Shown: positions 13,696-23,311 of the stretch, piece after piece
Layout of the letters: each line of letters begins with the position of its first letter
How positions within the stretch are numbered: position 1 is the first letter of the stretch
NCBI GenBank assembly: GCA_951406725.2
Contig: OX597817.1
Coordinates: 52,390,001 to 52,454,000 of the forward strand
DNA length: 64,000 nt
Direction of reading: 5' to 3'
Source: Octopus vulgaris
Taxonomy: Eukaryota
The notes under the pieces: generated by a model
Database searches by the model: none
The model's input: only the letters and a program-made list of their open reading frames with translations
What the model was told of the DNA's origin: nothing
Position numbers and translations under genes: made by a program

Positions 13696-14638
13696 TGGTA
13701 AAAACAGTAAGATAACAAAAGAAAGAAAGAGACCTCAATATTATGTAAATAGAGGAAATCTTTATATATAAAAGTGAGGTTGTGTGTCTGTCTCCTACGA
13801 TTTAGATTCCTAACTACTCCCACATTTTGCGGTGCAGTTTAACCAAAACCGGGTATCTTATAGTCGTGATTCATATCGAGACCGTCTGGGTATTAGCGCG
13901 CGTCTACGATGAGTCTACGATTTTAAAAAATATTTACCATCAATTTTTCCCATTTTTAATTCATTTTTGACATATATAAGGGAAGTAACTCTCTAAAATT
14001 TATTATTAAATCTCAGAACGTAAAAAGCTACAGTAACACCCCTCCCCCTTTGTGGATAGCCATATTGAGATGGCTATTATACTTTACATCTCTAAAAATG
14101 CTTATATAATTATTTCCCTTACAAACCCGAGCAACGCCGGGCGATACTGCTAGTATCTCTTATTATAAAAGGCAGATTTTATCTGCCTCCCTTTGGGAGT
14201 TATACAAATCTACAATATAGGATTTCTTCAATTACAATTTACCTAGCATTTTTAAGAGTACAATGCATCGCGTCATGCCAGGTCCAGTTTTTAAAATTTT
14301 AACTCCAATTAAGCAAAATTTACAGAAAACTCACATTCTGGTGTGTGTGTCAAATGCTTTTCTTAGTCTGGTTTACACCACACGCAAACGCACACACACA
14401 GTGGGCAACAAATAAAATGAAAGTAAATAGCGACAGAGTGATTTGAGGAAGACTAAACTGAAAGTATTCTGTCTATGACGCTGATAGATAAATGAGTAAA
14501 ATGTATGGGAAGCTAAGAGCTAAGAGTGAGTGAAAATGTTCTTGGAAGAGAGTAAATAGCGAGAGAGAGAGTGATTTGAGGAAGACTTTCATTAAATAAC
14601 CGTAGTGGCTTGTGTTAGTAATAAAGTAAACATATACT

Positions 14639-14711
<73 letters not shown>

Positions 14712-17700
14712 ACACACACATACATACACACACATACATACACACACATACATACATACACACATACATACATACATACATATACATACATACATATACA
14801 TACATACATACATACACACACACACATACTCACACACACAGTATTGAAGCTTGAGAACAATCAGATACATTTGCAACACATCTGTTGAAAATATTATTGT
14901 TCACACACATACATATACATATATACATACAGACAGACAGACACATAGACACACACACACACACATGATCCAGCATGGCCACAACCTCAAGGCTGAAACA
15001 TATAAAAGAATAACAGAATATAAATGTGTGCAAAGTACAAGAAATATTAATGCAGTATATGGGGATTGGACAATAAGCGTAAGGCAGTGTCAATGGTGGT
15101 TCCAGAAATCCCGAGCCATAAACTACAGCCTAGAAGACGAGCCTCATCCTGAAAGATCTGTAGAACTCGACAAGGACATCCTGAAAACCCTGGTGGAACA
15201 AAATCTCATCGTAACTGTTGAGGAACTAGCAGAGAAGCTTGGATTTGGTCATTCAACCATTCATTGAGACCTGTGTGCTATCGGAAAAGTCAGCAAATTG
15301 GGTCAATGGGTTCCTCACGAACTTTCCAAGTCTAATTGCATGCAGAGAGTGAATGTATGCTTTTCTTTGCTGTCACATCTCACCACTACTGCGCTATGTA
15401 TATCTATATATATAAAACTGTAGTTGTGTGAGTGTCTGTCCCCTTCGATTTAGATTCCTAACTACTCCCACATTTTGCGGTGCAGTTTAACCAAATTCGG
15501 GTAGCTTATAGTCGTGATTCATATCGAGCCCGTCTGAATATTAGCGCGCGTCTACGATGAGTCTACGATTTTAAAAATAATTTAACATCATTTTTTATTC
15601 CATTTTAATGCATAATTTTTCGTGTGTCTATGGCGGCGGAGTTGGCGTCCACGCTCACACCTGCACCTGTGGGGAAGGGAGTGTAAGGAAATCAACGTCG
15701 TAATGCGTTGTCAAGGAGACCAGTGTTCTTTTAGAACAACGACTTCATGGCTTGAAGACACCAAAACAGAAATGGCTAAGAAAGCGTCTACATGAGTCTA
15801 CGATTTAAAAAAAAATTTACCATCGTTTTTTTTCCATTTTAATGCATTTTTTCGCTATTATATAAGGGAAGTAACTCTCTAAAAATGTCTACGATGAGTC
15901 AACGATTTAAAAAAAAATTTACCATCATATTTTTTTCCATTTTTAATGCATTTTTTGCTATTTTTTTGCTATAACTCTCTAAAAATGCTTATATAGTTAT
16001 TTCCCTTACAAACCCGAGCAACGCCGGGCGATACTGCTAGTATATATATAATAACTACCACTATGACCCGGCAACGCCGGGTCATGGTGCTAGTGCATGC
16101 ATATTTAGCTGCGTGCGTGCGCACATACACACAAGTACTGTCCAAATCTCCGACCAATCACATACAGCTAGCTGGCATTCAATTGACGTATCAAGTTTCG
16201 GGCATTTCGATTGGGTTTTGGATAGAAGATTCACAAAAAAGTCACTTCTATTGATTTTTTAATGGCTTTGTGGTGTGACTGGGGAAATGTAAAGATGTGC
16301 ACGACCACCCTTGGACGGTTTTGAATGACCATAGAAAGTGCGAGCCCTCTAACTGAAAAATTGTGGATTTGTATAAAGGACACACACGCAGACATTTTGC
16401 CGTTTATATATTTAGAGATAATATAAGGGAATATTATTCCAAACTTACAGGGAAAAATTCACTTTAGAAATACTACGTTTTATTTATTATTTTGCATATT
16501 ACCTAATCATCGTTATGTTTTATCTTATATTTAATCTTTCTATAATATGTAATTTTCTAGATGGTCTAATTTAATTTTTCATTATTGAATTGATAAAAGG
16601 TGTTTTTTTCTAATTAATATATATATATATATATATCTCTTATTATAAAAGGCAGATTTTATCTGCCTCCCTTTGTCACTTATAGAAATCTACAATATAG
16701 GATTTCTTCAATTACAATTTACCTAGCATTTTTAAGAGTAGAATGCATCGGGTCATGCCAGGTCCAGTTTTTAAAATTTAAACTCCAATTAAGCAAAATT
16801 TACAGAAAACTCACATTCTGGTGTGTATGTCAAATGCTTTTCTTAGTCTGGTTTACAGCACACGCAAACGCACACACACAGTGTGCAACGAATAAAGTGA
16901 AACTAATTCACTGTGTGTGTGTTGACAGGTAGACAATAGAATGCGATGGCGATGTAATATTTGTTTCTGTCTATCACGCTGATAGATACATGAGTAAAAT
17001 GTATGGCAAGCTAAGAGATAAGAGTGAGTGAAAATGTTCTTGGAAGAGAGTAAATAGCGACAGTGATTTGAGGAAGACTAAACTGAAAGTATGAAACAGT
17101 GTTTATGTATAAACAGACGACACTTATATATAGTTATTAATAAATGTATGCATCCGTTTAACCCTTTCGTTACCAAACCGCCCGAATTTACCTATTCATA
17201 TTTAAATGAGAATATCAGAGTAAATCTCTTTAGTACATTCGTGAAAACACGTATTATACTTCGTAAACACTTCAAATACAGTTTTGTACAAAAATCGAAG
17301 TGTAATTTTAATTCCGTGAATTATGGGAGATTTTTTTCCGAAATTTGTTCCTATTGTGTTTTCAAAATTTGTAATTCTGACAAAAAATGGATACGAATTT
17401 CATTATATCAAGCAGCGAGTCAGAATTCGAAGGATTTTCTACTGAAGACCTTCATAAATCTAACTCTATGACTGAAAAAAAAAAGCATCTTTATATAAGA
17501 GTGAAGTTGTGTGTCTGTCTCCTACGATTTAGATTCGTAACTACTCCCACATTTTGCGGTGCAGTTTAACCAAAAGCGGGTATCTTATAGTCGTGATTCA
17601 TATCGAGCCCTTCTGGGTATTAGCGCGCGTCTACGATCAGTCTACGATTTAAAAAAAATTTACCATCATATTTTTCCATTTTAATGCATTTTTTTCGCTT

Positions 17701-17883
17701 TTATATAAGGGAAGTAACTCTCTAAAAATATCTACGATGTGTCAACGATTTAAAAAAAAAATTTACCTTAATTTTTTTTCAATTTTTAATGCATTTTTTT
17801 GCTATTTTTTGGCTATAACTCTCTAAAAATGCTTATATAGTTATTTCCCTTACAACCCGAGCAACGCCGGGCGATACTGCTAG

Positions 17884-17915
<32 letters not shown>

Positions 17916-20900
17916 TATACATACACTGTATTCCCTCGACATATCGCGGTTTATTATCTGAGCTTACGTTGATTCCTCTGTGGTGTTGTTTTGCATTTAT
18001 AATAAAATAAATATATACAAATTATAAAAAATAAAAATATACAGTACCATTTCCAGTTTGTTGATTTTCACCTATGGCGGGGGCTTTTGGAATGTGACTT
18101 CCGCGATAGTCGAGGGATTACTGTACTGTATATTCATGTTCTCTTTGATTGATTTTTTTTTTCCCTTTAGAAAAGATGTCTTCTCATCTGACCATTTTTG
18201 TTCTGTTTTCCATTCTCTTTCATTGGTAGGCCTGCTATATTCCGAGAACCCGTCATATTTATTGGTGCAGATGTCACTCACCCACCTGCAGGAGATGCTA
18301 GTAAACCTTCAATTGCTGCTGTAAATACATCATCTTTTTCTTGTGTGTGTGTGTGTTTGTATTGTCACTGGAGGTTGTTTGTGCTGTTGTTGTGCTAGGG
18401 TACTACCTTGAAGGGTTTTAGTCGAACCATGTGGTTCATTAGCAAGCTATTTACCACACTGCCAAGGTCATTTTTTGTTAGATGTACTATTTGGAAAAGT
18501 TCCTTGGGCCACAGTTTGCTCATGACTGTCTTATACAATCATCATCATCATCATTGTTTAACATCCCTTTACTATGCTGGCATGGGTGGATGGTTTGACT
18601 GAGGACTGGCAAGCCAGAAGGCTGCACCAGGCTCCAATCTGATCTGGCAAAGTTTCTACAGCTGGATGCCCTTCCTAACACCAAACACTGAGTGTGTCGT
18701 GGGTGCCACTGATACAGGAGTCAGTCAGGTGGGCCTGGCATTGACCACGTTCAGATGATGCCTTTTATGTGCCACTGGCATGGGAGCCAGTCAGGGGGCA
18801 TTCACATCGACCATGTTCAAATAGTGCTTTGGTTTTCCATGCTGGGATGGGTAGGATGGCTTGATGGGAACTTGCAAAGCCAGGAGCTGCACCAGGTTCC
18901 ATTGTCAGTTTTGGCTTGGTTTCTACAACTGGATGCCCTTACTAATGCCAACCATTCTACAAAGTGTACCGAGTGCTTTTTACTTGGCACCAGCCCCTTT
19001 GCCGATGCTTTTTCATGTGGCACCTTGGTTTTAGGATATCAATTCTGTTGTGGTGGGCAGGTCTTCTTGAGTACAACAAAGCTCTGCATATCTCTGTCCT
19101 CTGTCATCTCTTTTGTAAGGTTCAGCATTTTGAGATTGGCCTTCAATTCTTCATCTCATCTCTTCCTGGGTTTCCCTCTTCCACAGCTCCCCTCCACTTT
19201 AAGGGATCAGTTCTTGCTCCAAAAATTAATATCTCATTTTGAAGTTACTATTCTTTTCTCCGTGTATATATCATCATAGTTTTTGTATTTGGATGTTGTG
19301 ATTTTTCCAGGTTGTTGGCAGCATGGATGGCCACCCAAGTCGATATTCTGCTTCTGTTCGGGTCCAAGAACATCGCAAAGAAATCATTCAAGAACTTGCC
19401 ATCATGGTCAAGGAGCTTCTGATGGAATTTTACAAGTGTACTATGTTTAAACCAGCTCGAATTGTCTTCTATAGAAATGGTGTCAGTGAAGGACAGTTTC
19501 AGCAGGTAAATGGCTTTGTTGTTAATGTTAATTACAGGTGAAAAGCCATGTGAGTAAGGTGTCAGACATCTTTATGTTGGGAGCTATTGCTAGTTGATTC
19601 ATGAGTCTTGGTAGCAGAAGTCATCCTCATTTTTCATCATCGTCATTTACTGCCCCTTTTCTATGCTTGCATGGGTCAGATGAAGTTTCTTGAGGCAGAT
19701 TTTCTGTAGCTGGATGCTCTTCCTGTCACCAACCTTCACCTGTTTCCAAACAAGGTAATATTTCCCCATGGCCAGACATGGTTTTTTTTTTTATGGAAGA
19801 CTAGAAGTGAAGAACCTTGCTCATTTATGACATGTTTAGATAAGGGTACATACATACACCATTTTTTTCAGTTTCCATCTACCAAATCCACTTACAAAGC
19901 CATGATGGCCTGGAGTTATTGTAGAAGACACATGCCCATAGTGCTGCACAATGGGACTGAACCTGAAACCATGCAGTTGGGAAACCAGCTGCATAACTGC
20001 ACAGTCAATTGAATCATAAATTATCTCGCTGCTTCTTTTCCTTCTTCTCCTCTCATTCCTTCTGCTTTACTTTTTTTTTCCATTCTCATCACCTTCTATT
20101 TCTTTACTATCCACAAGGGGCTAAACACAGAGAGGACAAACAAGGATAGACAAACGGATTAAGTCAATTATATCGACCCAGTGCGTAACTGGTACTTATT
20201 TAATCGACCCTGAAAGGATGAAAGGCAAAGTCGACCTCGGCGGAATTTGAACTCAGAACGTAAAGACAGACGAAATACCGCTAAGCATTTTGCCTGGCAT
20301 GCTAACGGTTCTGCCAGCTCACCGCCTTAAGCTCATCACCTTGCTCTCCCTCTCTCCTATTTGTTTTCCTGTCTCATTATGACAGATTGTGTTCATTTAA
20401 CTTGTTCTGTAAACACAAGCTAGCGAAACCTTGTTCTCTATAAAGTGTCTATGCAGATTACCTCAGTGTCTCCACAAGGTTCCTATTGATCATTAGGTGC
20501 TCTCTGCCATCAACACTTTGGTAATTGTTGCCACACACATAAATTCAATGCTGTCTGCATTATGCAACAGGAAACAAGCTATTGATTTTCTTTTATTTAG
20601 TTAGCATACTGACACCGTATAAATTAGGACAGCTGTTGATGTATTGCACAGTACTGACATGTTTCCATAAATATATATGAGTGGGAAGCTGAAAAGTTTC
20701 TGGCTCTAAGGGCATTGTGAAAGGCCTGGTTGGAGGACCAACCTTCCAAGTTCTTTTACAGGGCTTAGAAGATCTAAAGGACTGCTGCAATAAGTGTGTG
20801 AATCTGAGAAGGGAATATGTTAAAATGAAATCATAATTAACTGATTCTCCTGTATTTTCTTTTACTGAAATTCAAGAACTCTTCAGCACCTCCTCATATA

Positions 20901-21029
20901 TATATGGCTTTTCAATCATGTGGTCCTAGGTTCAGTCCCACTGTGTAGCACCTTGGGCAAACGTCTTCAAATGTCAGTAATTTCTTGTTGTTTGTAAATA
21001 TTGATTAAAAACTTACCGTGAAAACAGTA

Positions 21030-21066
<37 letters not shown>

Positions 21067-21074
21067 CGGCAAAA

Positions 21075-21111
<37 letters not shown>

Positions 21112-23271
21112 TTTATACAAATCCACAATTTTCAGTTAGAGGGCTCACACTTTCTATGGTCATTCAAAACTGTCCAAGGGTGGTCGTGCACATCTTTACA
21201 TTTCCCCAGTCACCCCACAAATCCATTAAAAAATCAATAGAAGTGACTTTTTTGTGAATCTTCTATCCAAAACCCAATCGAAATGCCCGAAACTTGATAC
21301 ACCAATTGAATGCCAGCTAGCTGTATGTGATTGGTTGGAGATATGGACAGTACTTGCATGTATGTGTGCACTCTCACAGCTGTATATGCAAGCACTAGCA
21401 CTATGACCCGGTGTAGCCGGGTCATAATGCTAGTATATATTAAGTGATTGTATACATTATGGATACATACAAACACATGCATACACGTTCTTTTGTTTCT
21501 TATCTAGGTACTAAGTTATGAGTTGAGAGCTGTGCGGCAAGCCTGTATTGACCTTGATTTAGCCTACCAACCTGGAATCACCTTCATAGTAGTACAGAAA
21601 AGACATCATACCAGACTATTCTGTGCGAATGAACAAGATCAAGTGAGTATTTTTAGTATTTCACTATAAACTTAGATATGTTTTGACCAAAGATTGGTCC
21701 AGGCCATGTCTAACTTAAAAGCATCACCAGACAAGTAGTGAGTTCTTGTTGAGTGAGTTGTATCCAGGTATGGGTGGCTTACCCGTTATTCCTTGAAGAA
21801 ATCTGTCTAGAGTCTGTTTAAAGGTGATGGGATCCTTTTCCTCTTTGATCTCCCCTTTTTTCTGTCCTTGTCTGTCTGTCTGTCTCACTGATTTTCCTTT
21901 TCTTGTCTATCTGTGTCTCTCCCTTATTTCTTTATTGCCCACAAGGGGCTAAATGTAGAGGGGACAAACAAGGACAGATAAAGTGATTAAGTCGATTATA
22001 TCAACCCCAGTGCGTAACTGGTACTTAATTTATCGACCCCGAAAAGATGAAAGGCAAATTCGACCCCGGCGGAATTTGAGCTCAGAACGTAATGGCAGAC
22101 GAAATACCGCTCAGCATTTCGCCCGGTGTGCTAACGTTTCTGCCAGCTCACCGCCGTCTGTGTCTCATCCTATCTCTCTTTATCTCTTGTATTTATTTTT
22201 AATTCTTTAGGTTGGTCGAAGTGGGAATATCCCAGCTGGAACCACTGTGGATCATGGTATCTGCCATCCAACAGAATTTGATTTTTACCTCTGCAGTCAC
22301 ACTGGCATACAGGTAAGTAGCAGTTGATTATTTTCATTGTTGGTCATTGTTTTTCTTTTAATAACACCGTACCCAGTGTAAGCTATGGACGCATGCAGCA
22401 ACATCAAAGGAAAATTAACCGAGAAGATAGCTTTCTTGTGCGGCAGATGCACAGGGGCAGTAGACGCACAGGGGGAGAAACTAGAAATAGTTGATAGTTT
22501 CCGCTACCTAGGTGACCAAGTTAGTAGTGGAGGTGGATGCTCAAAGAATGTCACCACTAGGATACAATAGAACTTTGTGAGGAATCTGGAAGGTCGGTAA
22601 GAGGCGGTCCTCTCCTGCATTGAAAGCCAGGATTGGCCTCCGCGGGTGACTGTGGTAGTCATGGTGGAAAATGATTTCTACAGGGTGATGGATTCCTTTA
22701 TCAAGGATGAATACAATTATTTCTTATGGGACCCCTGCTTGCGACTGCAGGCTTGCCTGCAGGCGGCAAGAGACTTAATTGGGAAGGTAGAGTAAAAGGT
22801 TTTAGTGTCTCGATTTGAACTTGGTGATTTTGGTAAGAGGTTTAGCGCCTCAATTTGAAAGAACAATTGAATATATTTGCTGAACTTTTGTGAGATTTAA
22901 TTGGTAAGAGGCTCAGCACCTCAATTTGTAACTGTTGTAAGAGGTTCAACACCTCATTAGTTTTGTTTAAAAAAAAAGAACAATGTTATCGGGAAGTAAC
23001 AATTGGCGGGCACTGGCTGCTTCCCCCACCAACCATCTCTTTTTTCATTCCATCATCATGATTGTGTCTGTGTCCAGCCCGCAAGCTTCCTTCTGTATTA
23101 TGCCTTTATGGCAAATGTAATGAAATAAAGAAACTTACTTCTCATGGTTCTGGGTTCAGATGGTTCTGAGTTCAGTCTCACAGCGTGGCACCTTGGGCAA
23201 GTGTCTTCTACTATAGCTTTGGATTGACCAAAATCTTGTGAGTAGATTTGATAAATGGAAACTGAAAAAAG

Positions 23272-23311
<40 letters not shown>

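Noticed and set aside
14592-14879. HT- and CV-rich ORFs (also 29258-30297)
   Set aside because: (CA)n/(TA)n microsatellites.
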